Shown here: piece after piece, positions 12,604 through 24,675 of the stretch
Layout of the letters: every line of letters begins with the position of its first letter
Position numbering within the stretch: the first letter of the stretch is position 1
Assembly (NCBI GenBank): GCA_951406725.2
Contig: OX597815.1
Location: 82,460,001-82,524,000 of the forward strand
Origin: Octopus vulgaris
Taxonomy: Eukaryota
Length of the DNA stretch: 64,000 nt
Direction of reading: 5' to 3'
Translations under genes and position numbers: made by a program
The notes under the pieces: model-generated
What the model saw: only the letters and a program-made list of their open reading frames with translations
Told to the model about the DNA's origin: nothing
Databases searched by the model: none

Positions 12604-15600
12604 ATGTGTGTGTATATATGTGCGTGCGGCAGCGTGAACGTATATGCATTTATGTTTCTTAATATGGTTAGTGTCTGTTTGTCTCGTTCTTCTTAGCAGA
12701 GTTGTAAAAGGTCAATAGCTAAATCAGAGTGTCCTACTACCGGATGTAGCAGAGAACTTATTTATGTTCCACCCATTAATATATGGAGTGCTATCCTTAG
12801 AGTAACAATGTAAAAGCTTCATACATAATTATTTTTCTCTAGTAATTTTTCTTTTCTGATATTTATACTTATTTTTCTGGAACATAGCCAGATATTGCTG
12901 GTCATTAGTGAAAGCTAAGACCAAAAATTCTTTGTCGAAAAGGGAAAATGGTGTGTATATATGTTTTTTTAATATCCTTGAATTTTGTAGAAGTGAAATA
13001 TTAATTATGTCGTCTCAAATGATTATCTGGTCACTAAGTGATTAATTCTATTTTTTTTTTTGTTTTAATTTTTATATTTTTTCTTGTGGTTGTCGGTTTC
13101 TACCTGAATAACAATTATCAGTTAGTAAATCAGTGTCTTTGGTGTATCACACAAAGCTATGCTGATACTTAGATAGGTTTCGGCCATGACTGACTCAGGC
13201 CATAAAAATATATCGTCTACATATCATTAACTGTGTCCATCCTGTGCAGATGACGTAAGTGGAATGTGAAAAAAACACCAAAACTAAAGAAAGAAACGGA
13301 GAACCATAAGACTGAATGTTTAGTTATATTTTGTTTCGTTTCTCCAGACGGCAATGAGTTCAACCCTGTCGTTTGGTTGACTGTGTTTTTTAAGGCCTTC
13401 ATGTGCATAAAATAAACATTAATCATATACTGTGGTACATTCAATCGATTATACTACTCTTAACTGAAAATATTTGGGTATCTTGCCAATATGAAAAATC
13501 TCTGGTTTACGTTATTAAATGAAAGAGCTATAAATATTGCTTTCTAACAGAGATACACAACCAAACATTTAGGAGTGGATACAGTCGATTATATCGAGCA
13601 GCATACTTGACTTAAACTTGTATTATCGACCCCAGATGGAAGAATATTACATTCCACTTTTCTACTTCAACAGCTGCTTTATCCGTTGTTTACTTTTCAA
13701 CACGTGTGTCAATTTTGATAGGTGGTCTTTTGATTTGAACTTACTGTTGATGTCGCTTATTTCGCTCTTGGTTATAGTTGATAGTATTCTTCTGGAATTT
13801 CATAGCAGTTTAACTTAATTTTTTAAATGTGTTTGTATTTAATTTTGCTTTCGAATTTGAAATTTAAATCGATTAAAATAAATATTTTCCTAAACTAAAA
13901 TCAATGACTAGTTAGAATCAGAAATTTAAATTGGATCTCCTGTAAAAATTCAATTAATATACTTTTTGTCTGCCCCACTTAAAATTTTATTCCATGAAAA
14001 TATCCAGTGAAATACATCTGAAATTTGACCCCAACGCCAAGTTAATAAAATTGAAAATAAAAATAGAATAAGAAACATAAAATTGTTTGCTTGCTTCATT
14101 GATATCTTAAGAACTTTTTGTTTCAACACTGGCTTGAGTGTGATTGTCATAAATTTACAAATTGTTATATACGGATTATTTAAGTGGTTATTTTCTGCTG
14201 CCGTGGTTTTTCACTAAAGCAACTCAAATGTAAAATAAGAATATTACATATGATTGCAAAAGAAAAGAAAAAAAAAGAGGATAAAAAAAGAAAATGATCG
14301 CAAATATATTTTTTTTAAATACAAATATTGAAATCTTTTAAAACAACTCTAATCTGAGGAAAATAAACAGCAAATATGTACACGAATAAATGAAGGTATC
14401 GAGAGAACAAGGCAACAAGAAAACTAAATTCATAAACTAAAATATAAGCAAATAAAATACTGGAAAAATTTCCCTTAATTTCAAAGCTCATTTCTCAAAC
14501 CTGAGGTTCATTTCTAATATAATTTTCTTTCTTTTCGTTGTTAGTTAACAGATGTATTCATGAATATTTCCAGTTAATTCCTTATGGGGAACCTCGTGTT
14601 CTGCCAAGTCGAGTATCAACTAGCCTGGATTTTCGATTTAAACAAATCATATTTATTACCTGCAATGAAATTCTCTTCCCCGCTTCGGGGCTCCATATTG
14701 TTTTTCCATCCATTTTTGTTTACCGTCCATTTTGATTCGCCGCCATATTTCATGCGCCTATTTTCTAATTTTCCAGTTTATTTTTTTTACGTTTTTGGCT
14801 TTACATATACATTGTACGAATAATTGTACATGCGTTTATGTGTGTACGTACATGTGTATGAGTTTAAACATATTGAGAATAATTATTTTTTATTCACTGA
14901 TACGTTTGATTGACTTTAACATTTCGCTATTTTGCTTTAAACTTTCTATTTTGTGGCACATAATTACAAGAACGCACACACGCACACAGCCACATGCACA
15001 TATGTATCTGTGTGTGTTGTGTTTATGAGTGAGTGGGTGTGTGAACAAGTGTGTGGTTAAAAATATTCCATCACTTTGTCCATTTTTCCAATATAATGTA
15101 GCACTTAAATTTTTGCTAGATTTGCTATTCGTGTATTTGTTATAATTTGTGACTGGAATGTGTGTATGGACCTTTGTGCGTATACATTCTTGTGTATGTT
15201 TAATATCATACATGTGTGTCTCTTCCTGTATCTGCCATTATTATAGTTTTAAAGTATTTATTTATTGTAGTTAACAGTCTGAATCAAATAGGTAGGCACC
15301 TAGCAAGATGAAACAAATTCCTATTTGACTCCATTGACAACTTGTATATGCAGATTATACCATTTCGAATTTTCCTACATACGTATATAATGAGCATTTG
15401 TAGGTACACAAATCGGTTATTTATATATCATTAGTTTGTTTATTAGTTTATTTCCACACGGAAAGACGCAGATGTAGATGCATATCGCAAACCTAATACT
15501 CCATCAAAAACATCATACACCTAGAAGATAACAACTGTAGAAAAAAAATGAACAAAATAAGCTAGAAAATTATAGCAACAGCCTTTGTTAGAACAGAACT

Positions 15601-17913
15601 TACACTAATGAGAAGCATTCAAGGACTGTAGCCGGTGTATATTTCTGGGCAGGGTAATAGTTTATTCGTTTACATTTAGTGCTCTGTTTATGAAATAAAC
15701 AGAAAACAATAACTCGTGAAGCCGACCCGGGTCGGATTTAAATTTCGACCGTAATGAAATCCAAATAAATAAAGTAAAATAAAAACGATCGAGACAGTTT
15801 CTATCTGATCGCACAGGCTGCAAGAAATAACAACCGAATATCTCATAAGTCACTTCCAGTCACTTTAAAAAAACACGTTGGATAATATAGTCCTGCATAC
15901 AGGAAAAAAAGCGGAGAATGGTCATGGCTAGGATACATTTCAGTCATAGTTGATATAGAAATATACAACCACCTCAACTATAGAAAATGGGAACATCTAG
16001 GAAATCAAAAATAACATAGCATTACAACAATGGAAACCAGAACAAGGATGACAAGAGCAACAGGTATTGCACAACAATAATGGCACAGGTCAAATACAAG
16101 AATAAGAATAATATAGCAGTTCGAATAAGAACAAGAACAACTACAACAACAGGCACAGCAACCACAACAGCCACAGTACTAAGATAACACGAGCGTAAGA
16201 AAAAATCTAACAGGTGTATGTTACGAACAGCATTCAAAGTGAAACAAAAACATGAATATCAATAAAGCAAACAAAGGTATCAGTAACATGACAACAACAG
16301 TAACAGAAAGATCAGCAAAAACAACAGCAATCAACTGACAATAACAATAAAATGATATAATAAACAAAACAATAAACAAACAGTCAGAAACAAAATAATT
16401 ATTAATGACATCAAAAAGGTATTTTAAAAATTGAATAAAAAGTTATTTAGACAACGAAACAGCAAAAATAAGGTGCGGAGAAAGAGATTAAAAACCAAGG
16501 AAAACCATAACAGATCGAAAAATATGACACTAAGACAAATGCAACATTGATCTCAAAAAATTACAGAATGTCAATTCTGGCCATAATTTTCCCTGTGATT
16601 GCATATCTAACTTTTTTGTACGCATGAGCGTATGCGTAAATGCGTGTGTATATTCTGTTTAAATGAGTATTCACACAAACGCCCACGCGCACACACACCT
16701 TTTCTCACTTTATTTCTCCCTGTCGTAATGTACCGTTCTCTTCATTGGATTCTGCTTTATCTTGGGCGCGCGTGTTTGTGTGTATGTGTCTATGTGTGTG
16801 TGTGCGCGTGTGTATGTGTATGTGCGTGTGTGTATGTGCGTATGTGTGTGTGTGTGGGGGGATTAAATGAAGGATAGTTACTACGTATTTTTAAATGAAA
16901 TAGCCACTTAAAATGCTTCTCACCTCGTACCTTATAAGAAACATAGATTATGTGGATGTGTGAGTATGCTTCTGTATGTATACATACAAATATATATATA
17001 CCAATCCCGTCACTGAGACCTACAGAGATCCCCAAATTCCGAATCTTATTCTACAGCCTTACGACTGTTCCATCCTTTCTCGCATCACGTCTTCTCGTCT
17101 TCAGAAAAGAGAGAAATCCCGACAAACAGATAGAAGCTCCACAGCGTATAACTATATAAAAAAAAAGATCTAGCACTTTTTAACCGCGCTCAACGGACGA
17201 TGAAACACCTTTTCCCATATTAACAACACCACAATAATCGCAAGAACTAAGTAACAGTACCCGATCGCCTGAAATTTTTTGCTGCACACTTTAAATCATT
17301 TGAAAACATTGCGGTGCACGTTACTCAACGAAAACGGGTGGTTAACTTCCCAATCACTTTTGTGAAAATATTCGAAGCAGACTAGCTGCATGCTAGGCTG
17401 TGACGGTAACCACCTCCACACAACAGGAGAGTTTATTACCTAATTATCTGTTTGCACACCATGGATTCTCGGAATGAAGAAAGCGAAAAGGATACAGTTT
17501 AATATACTTGATTTTTAGAACCATGGAACCTCGAGTTGAATGAACGTTTCTCCTATGCTCTGTCTTGAATTTAATAATGCCAGTTTTATTCTTCATTCCA
17601 CACCACCTAAACTTTTCACTCCATCCCGTGCGTACTCTCGTATTTTCCTCTTTTCTTCATCTCTCACAGAGATTTCCTCTTCTGCTACTTCTTTTCTGGG
17701 TGTGTAAGCACGCGTTGATTTGCATTTCTCATCAAATGCAACTAGTCACTTAATCATGAGTGATTTAAACCTCTACTGATTTTCGTTTGTTTCTCCACTT
17801 GTCACATTAACCTTTAAGAATGACTGTCCGAAAGATTGGATTATCTCGTCTCCTTGGCAATTTACTGGCATTCTTTCTACATAGTATAAACTAGATACAG
17901 ACACACACACACT

Positions 17914-17970
<57 letters not shown>

Positions 17971-18032
17971 ATATATACACATATATATGTGGATATTTAT
18001 GCATGTGTGTATCTATATTATATATATATATA

Positions 18033-18415
18033 CTAGCAGTATTGCCCGGCGTTGCTTGGGTTTGTTTCGACCCTTTAGGATTGGAATTTTTGAAAAGTAA
18101 AAATTCTGCATTATGTAGCTTGTTATTCTCTTTACGTGAACATTTTTCTGGTTGAAACACACCGAAAAATGGCAACACAGCAGTCAAAAAATCGTATAAA
18201 ATAGGGATATTCATAGAAAAAAAGCACTTTTTGATGTAAATAATTTTTGGTGTTAGCATGGTCCGATTTGAATTTTTTCTTCTATGGAATAAAGAGCAAG
18301 CCTTCTTGTAGCATACTTTCAATTTTGATCAACTTGCGCTGCAGGGTCTTGGAGGAGATAGTGTTAGTTGAAAGCTACCAAGCCTGCCATACACAGACAA
18401 CTTCTGCTTTATATA
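18033..18415 (-). mobile_element. Non-autonomous Helitron
   Basis: Minus-strand 3' end cccaagcaacgccgggcaatactgCTAG|T (hairpin + CTAG); 5' end merges into (TA)n after TATATAAAGCAGAAGTTGTCTGTGT. Confidence 0.72.
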
Positions 18416-18428
18416 TATATATATATAT

Positions 18429-18570
18429 AACTTATAAATAAGGGTAAAAATGAAAAAATTTCTAATGCCAAATATGCCGAAAATTGGGTATTGGCATATT
18501 TGGCATATTTGGCATTAGAAATTTTTTCGTTTGCCCTTATTTATAAGTTGTTTTTAATTTTATCCTACAT

Positions 18571-18573
<3 letters not shown>
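18429..18573. repeat. Fold-back palindrome (~50-bp arms, 18429-18549) with a one-sided 24-nt tail, between (TA)n tracts
   Basis: aacttataaataaggg..aaaaaatttctaatgccaaatatgcc pairs with ggcatatttggcattagaaatttttt..cccttatttataagtt. Confidence 0.85.
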
Positions 18574-18604
<31 letters not shown>

Positions 18605-18783
18605 TATATATATATATATGGGTGTGTGTGATTGTGTATAGAAGAATATATTAATAAAAAGAATTCCAACCTTGTCTGATTTTCACGTTTTATTTACAAT
18701 CTTATAATGATATATTATAAGATAATATATTATAATTGAATAAAATAAAATGAAATAGTAGAATGTTAAATATTCATTCTGAT

Positions 18784-18828
18784 TGAACTAGTACTTTCAT
18801 GCATTGAATTCTGCAATCTTCGGGTTCA
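18784..18828 (-). ncRNA. Minimal hammerhead ribozyme, family 2, core variant CCGAAGA
   Basis: tgaac-CCGAAGA-ttgca(gaattcaa)tgcat-GAAA-gtac-TA-gttca. Sister copies at 29128 and 29249 have canonical CTGAAGA. Confidence 0.8.
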
Positions 18829-19322
18829 TGTAGTAGTGTTGACAGTCATGCTTCACAATTTTTGACTGTAGCAAGATGAGTGATTCTGTGCTATAAATAC
18901 AGCTGGGTAGGCTCCAGAGTGCTAGGTTTTGCAAACTGTATTCTGACCAATCAGTGTGTAGTATCACTCAATTACTTAAGCTGATTGGTTGGTTGAGCTG
19001 ATTGGTTTAGGCATCACGCTTTGTTGAACAGGTCAAGAGTCCTGTATCTTGACCCTGGCCGAAGCAGCAATTGTTGGGTTATTTTTAGAAATGTTGTAAA
19101 TATCCTTTGTCAGAGATTTTTATATTTTTATATTTCAATTGTCATCATCATCATTGTCAGCACCTTAATTATTGTTGCTAGTGGTGATGGTGGTGGCAAT
19201 AGAACTTTTAACCCTAAATAAGATAATTTTCCTGCTATCTTCCTCTTGATCACCTTTAGTATTGTTGTTGTTGTTAGTGGTCATGGTCGTAGCAGTGGAA
19301 GTAATACCTCTAAGTATTATCA

Positions 19323-21650
19323 TTATTGCTTATTTAGCTTGGGTTCGAATTTATCAATAAAATTCTTTTCTCTGATTTTCCTCTCGATTTCACTTGGGCT
19401 GTGTAATTTGTAGAATGGAAATATTATATATATTTTCCGACCACATGTTGCTAGGTGGTTACTCAAAGGTATCTGACGGACCTCTGGGTCTCTAATCTGT
19501 TGCCGGTGTACACGTGAGCGTTCTAATAGTGCGTTTCCCGTCTGACCTACATATATTTCTTCACAATTTGGGCATTTGATGCAGTAAATTAAATTTCTGC
19601 TTTTGCAGTTCATATTCGCGTTTGTGAATATTTTCCCGGTTTTTGTGTTTATATATTGACCGGTATGTATGAATTGGCATGTGCCACATCGGCTATCATT
19701 GCATTTAGATACCGTGAATGTTTGGTCTTTGTTGCTGAGGTCAAATTTTGCCTTTGTTAGTAATGTTTTCAAGTTTTTAGGCTGTCTTTTACTAAGCACC
19801 ATAGCTCGATCCTTGATTATGTCTTTTAATTCATTACTTTGGGCAATGATTGGTAGGTTTGCTTTGGCAATGTTGAAGATATTCTGGTGACATGGGTTGT
19901 GTGTCACTATGAATGGTATGACTTGTTCTTGTTTTCCTCTTCCTTGGGTTGTCCTAAGTTGTTGTATAGGTATTTTTATAGCCCGCTGTATGCCATTTTC
20001 TATAAGTAGAGATGGGTATTTTTGTTTGAGCAAAAATTCTCTTAGTTCTATTAGGCGTTTGTTCCTGATATTTGCATCTTCTACAATAGTACAAATTCTT
20101 CTGGCTAGGCAGTATGGGATGTTACGTTTTGTATGTGGTGGATGGCACGACTTAAAATTTAGGTATTGATGTGTGTCTGTGTGTTTATAGTATATATCTG
20201 TGGTGATGGTGGTGTCTTTTTTAATTACCATTATATCCAGGAATGGTAATTTGGTACTACTCATCTCCTTTGTAAATTTGAGAGATGGGTGTAGGTTGTT
20301 CAGGAGGATATTGAACTCTTCCAGAGTATTTAGAGATTCTGTCCAGATTATGAAACAGTCGTCTAGGTATCTCTTCCATGCCTTTTCAATATACTTTCTA
20401 AATCCAGTGCCATAGTTTACCTCCACCTCTTGGTAGAGTTGTTCTTCTAAGTATCCCATTACAGAGTTGGCGTAAACGGGAGCAAACCTCGTTCCCATCG
20501 CCGTGCCTCTAATTTGGATGTAATTCTTTCCATTGAAGAAGAATGTGTTATTTTCTAGAATAAGTTTGACTGTGTCTAATATAAATGGCACTGTGAATCT
20601 GCTGGGAATCACTTCTCTATGTTTTTCTAACCAGTATTTAATCGCCTTTATTCCTAAATCGTGTGGAATATTGGTGTAGAGGCTTACCACATCAAAACTT
20701 AGCAAAACTGAATTTGTTTCTGTTGTTTTGGGAAGATGGGACAGGAAGTCGATGTCATCCCTGATGAAACTTGGTATGTAAGTACATAGTGGTTTCAAAA
20801 CAATGTCAATAAAATTGCTTAGACGGTGTGTAGGGCATGCTGGACCAGCTATAATAGGTCTAAGTTTTAGGTCTTTTGGATGTAATAATTTTATGTACTC
20901 ACTTTCTTGTTCTTTTACTGCCTGTTGAATGTTTTTTGATTTGTGTATTTTTGGTAAGCCGTAGAAGTTGCTGGGTTTTGGTTCAAAATTGGTGATGTAG
21001 TCTTTTTCATTATCCGTAAGTGAGTTGTGGTGTGTTGAAATCAGGTTGTTGATCTTTTTCATGATGTGGTGGTCTATATTTGCGGGTATTTCACAATAGA
21101 AGGTTGTATCCTTCAGTTGGTCTTCAACCAAATCCTTATAGTATTCGGTATCCATAATAACAATTGCACCACCTTTATCTGCTTGTTTAATTATTATTGT
21201 TTGATCGTTTTGTATACGTTTACATGCAGACATCTCTGATTTGCTAATGTTTGGCCTAACATTGGTATTGCGTCTAAGGGGAAATTTAGACAGGATATCA
21301 ATGTATTGGTCAAGGTAGTTATTTCTTCCTTTTGGTGGGGTGAAATTTGATTTATTCCTTACTAGGGATTCATCAATCTCATTACTTTTGTTAGCGAAGA
21401 ATTCTACAAGTCGTAATTTTCGACAGAATTTTTGGATATCCTCCTTTAATTCTTGGTGGTTGGCTGTTGCTGTAGGTGTGAATTTCAGTCCTTTTGACAG
21501 AAGTTGGATTTCATCATTGTCAAGATCTCTTTTTGATAAATTAATTATTTTAGGATCTATACGTTCAGTTGTTTGGGGTATGTTTCCTCTTGGATTTTTT
21601 CTTTCTCCGGTGTTTGTTGTCCTGACGTAAAAAAATGGATTTTTTTCTGG
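19323..21650 (-). CDS. PLE reverse transcriptase + GIY-YIG endonuclease; frame is open from 21650, first ATG at 21233
   Basis: IINLS..LLSKGLKFTPT upstream of the ATG, then ADKGG, FYGLPKIHK, LRPII, FDVVSLYTNIP, GTAMGT, YLDD, PFLD, linker CxxxxCxxC, and LIYCIKCPNCEEIYVGQT..R..H..Q. No internal stops. Confidence 0.95.
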   Translation of the reverse strand, partial: PEKNPFFYVRTTNTGERKNPRGNIPQTTERIDPKIINLSKRDLDNDEIQLLSKGLKFTPTATANHQELKEDIQKFCRKLRLVEFFANKSNEIDESLVRNKSNFTPPKGRNNYLDQYIDILSKFPLRRNTNVRPNISKSEMSACKRIQNDQTIIIKQADKGGAIVIMDTEYYKDLVEDQLKDTTFYCEIPANIDHHIMKKINNLISTHHNSLTDNEKDYITNFEPKPSNFYGLPKIHKSKNIQQAVKEQESEYIKLLHPKDLKLRPIIAGPACPTHRLSNFIDIVLKPLCTYIPSFIRDDIDFLSHLPKTTETNSVLLSFDVVSLYTNIPHDLGIKAIKYWLEKHREVIPSRFTVPFILDTVKLILENNTFFFNGKNYIQIRGTAMGTRFAPVYANSVMGYLEEQLYQEVEVNYGTGFRKYIEKAWKRYLDDCFIIWTESLNTLEEFNILLNNLHPSLKFTKEMSSTKLPFLDIMVIKKDTTITTDIYYKHTDTHQYLNFKSCHPPHTKRNIPYCLARRICTIVEDANIRNKRLIELREFLLKQKYPSLLIENGIQRAIKIPIQQLRTTQGRGKQEQVIPFIVTHNPCHQNIFNIAKANLPIIAQSNELKDIIKDRAMVLSKRQPKNLKTLLTKAKFDLSNKDQTFTVSKCNDSRCGTCQFIHTGQYINTKTGKIFTNANMNCKSRNLIYCIKCPNCEEIYVGQTGNALLERSRVHRQQIRDPEVRQIPLSNHLATCGRKIYIIFPFYKLHSPSEIERKIREKNFIDKFEPKLNKQ

Positions 21651-21981
21651 TTATGATTTATATTCCTATTGATGTTTGCTTGATGAATTTTGCGTTTTGG
21701 TTGTGGTACTTTACTTGGTTTCGTTATGTTTTCTGTCTTGTTTTTGGTATTATGTATGCTACTTTTCAATTTCTTGTTAGCATTGTTTTTAACCACCTGG
21801 AGAAATGATCTGGGTTTACTTCTAGATCTAGATCGGTTTTTTGTCCAGTTTCTTGTGGGTAATCTCTGTTGAGGTCTTGAAAATGATCTCCTGTTATTTC
21901 TACTGCTAATGGTCTGTTCAAAACAATATCTATTTTGTTTGTGCTTTTTGTTCATGTTGTGTGCATTAGGGTGTTTGCATA

Positions 21982-21985
<4 letters not shown>
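21557..21985 (-). CDS. Basic, RS-rich upstream ORF of the PLE, overlapping the RT frame
   Basis: MNKKHKQNR..NRSRSRSKPRSFLQVVK..QKKIHFFTSG. Open to the (TA)n junction and overlaps the RT frame over 21557-21650. Confidence 0.6.
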
Positions 21986-22048
<63 letters not shown>

Positions 22049-22137
22049 TAAAAACTGCAGTTTAAATTCTTGGAGAGAAAGCATTATATTGTTATGAAAA
22101 AAGGCGGTCGAATTAATTAATTATTAATAAATTCGAG

Positions 22138-22181
<44 letters not shown>

Positions 22182-22186
22182 TATAT

Positions 22187-22239
<53 letters not shown>

Positions 22240-22249
22240 CATATACATA

Positions 22250-22470
22250 TTCTTTTATTCTTTTATGTTTCAATAATTTGACTGCGGCCATGCTGGAGCA
22301 CCACCTTTAGTCGAAGAAATCAACCCCAGGACTTATTCTTTGTTAGCCTAGTACTTATTCTATTGGTCTCTTTTTTGCCGAACCACTAAGTTAAAGGGTT
22401 GTAAACACACCAGCATCGGTTGTCAAGCAATGTTGGCAGTGACAAACACAGGCACACACACAAACACGTA
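22250..22470 (-). mobile_element. SINE family A, 3' half
   Basis: Reverse complement of the ggtgctccagcatggccgcagtca tail and body seen at 57657-58061. Partly duplicated at 22854-23010. Confidence 0.85.
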
Positions 22471-22523
22471 TATATATATTTCATTTTTCTAATTTATATA
22501 TATATTTCATGCAATTTACGCAT

Positions 22524-22813
22524 GCTTGCACGCGTGGTGAACACGGTTCACGTCAAACAGCTGACTGAATAAAGTTCACTATTCAATGCATGGGATAAGG
22601 CCTAAACAAACGCATTATCGATTTTTGCACTTGCAAGATGAATTTCGGAACAGAAATAGCGCAGTTCAATTCTCATTTGCCTAAACTTTAAGTGACCCAT
22701 TTTTGGTGGTTCTACGATTTGTTGGCTAGGAGGAGATGTGCCGGGAAGTTAAAAACACAAACACACACACAGATACACACACAGACACACAAGTTGAGTT
22801 TTATATATATAGA
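22524..22813 (-). mobile_element. Helitron 5' fragment
   Basis: Minus strand begins TCTATATATATAAAACTCAACTTGTGTGTCTGTG (5'-TC end, similar to the other Helitrons here); no 3' CTAG hairpin. Confidence 0.55.
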
Positions 22814-23371
22814 TATGTGTGTGTGTGTATGTGTGTGTGTGAGTGTGTGTGTGAGAAATCAACCCCAGGACTTATTCTTTGTTAGCCTAGTACTTATTCT
22901 ATTGGTCTCTTTTTTGCCGAACCACTAAGTTAAAGGGTTGTAAACACACCAGCATCGGTTGTCAAGCAATGTTGGCAGTGACAAACACAGGCACACACAC
23001 AAACACGTATATATATATTTAATTTTTCTAATTTATATATATATTTCATGCAATTTACGCATATATACATACATACGTGTGCGTGTGCATTGGAGTGAAT
23101 ATTTTTCCAAACTTACAGGAAAAAAATCAGTTTAGTATTAAACCAAATTTCACAATATAAATATATAATATATATAAATTAGAGAAAAACCACTAAATTC
23201 AAACAATGATAGACTTAAATCATACGATAAACAAAAAATAAAACATATGATAAAGGATTTATCTAGATCACAAAAAGTACATAATAATAAAACAGTATAT
23301 AATTAGTAGATAGACTATGTACATTTCGTGGCTCCAATTCTCTAACTTATATATATATATCATATATATGT

Positions 23372-23442
<71 letters not shown>

Positions 23443-24367
23443 CATACGTGTGCGTATGCATTGGAGTGAATATTTTTCTAATATATCAATCTCCATCGGA
23501 TGCATAATCAAAAAAAGAAATACGGGTTGTTATGACTGGATGCACGGATGATTGTGAATTGTCATATTTTAACTTTCTTTGGATAAGGAGATATAAAATT
23601 TCTGTGTATTTTGTGTGTGTATATATATATATATATGCATGTTCGTGTGTGAATGTACATTCGTGTATATTTACGTATAAGTTGTGTATATATTTATATA
23701 TGTATGCATATATATATATATATGTTTATATGTGTGTGTATGTAAGTGTAAGTGTGTGTGTCAGTGTGTGTGTGTGCATGTGTGTGTATATGTGTGTTTG
23801 GTTGTGCGTTTTCAGAGAATACATGACATAACATGATGGCAGTCTTAGATAAGACTGTCACCATATAAAATAATTTTCTCAGAATGGTGAAATAAAAGAG
23901 TAATATTTTTGTGTTTTTTACTCACTTTTTTGTAGTTTCTTCTTTAATTCTTCCCCGTTTTATTCCATTCCGCCCTTTTTGCTTTGTGTTTGTTTTTTTT
24001 CCCGTCAAATATTTTTGTTTCTATGTCTGTTTCCGTTTTGTTCTTTTTATAAAATAATATTTTTCCTTGGTGTCTGGTTTTCTGAATTCATATTACAGTC
24101 TACGCACAGACATAGATACATATGCACACCTACACACACACACCTACACACACACACACTCACACACACACACACTCACACACAAACACACCTACAAACA
24201 CAAACATAAACACACACACACACACGAACGCACATGTTTATGAAGATAATTTTATGTCTGTGAGTAGATTTGGTGGTTATTGTGGTTGGGTGGTGCGTGG
24301 GGTGTGGTAATTGTTACTTTTAATAGTAGTCTTGGCAGTTGTTGGAGTGGCAGTTGTTTTACAGGTA

Positions 24368-24675
24368 GTGATGATGATGATGATGATGATGATGTGGAGG
24401 AGGAGGACTATGGTGATGATGATGACGATGATGATGATGACGATGATGATGATGACGATGATGATGATGACAATAATGATCATAGCGAAGACGATGATGA
24501 CGACGCTGATGACGATGTTGACGTTGATGATGGCAACGATGACATCGACGATGATGACGACGACGACAACAACGACGATGGCGACTACGACGACGACGAT
24601 GATGACAATGACGACGATGATGACAATGAAGACGACGACAGTGATGATGATGATGATGATGATGATGTAGACGAT
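24368..24675. repeat. (GAT/GAC)n low-complexity tract
   Basis: Directly visible; explains the poly-D, poly-M and poly-I ORFs. Confidence 0.95.

Larger units (their letters stand above)
18620..21985 (-). mobile_element. Penelope-like retroelement (Naiad- or Neptune-type, C-terminal endonuclease), 5'-truncated, with 3' pseudo-LTR
   Basis: RT-EN ORF, 3' UTR/pLTR with hammerhead motif, (TA)n on both flanks. pLTR sequence is shared with 29005-29448. Confidence 0.95.

Noticed and set aside
13240-13260. tgcag-ATGAC-gtaagt microexon-like motif
   Set aside because: Expected by chance; weak pyrimidine tract.
19323-21650. Selenocysteine recoding as reported for some Naiad PLEs
   Set aside because: No in-frame TGA; the linker cysteines use ordinary Cys codons.
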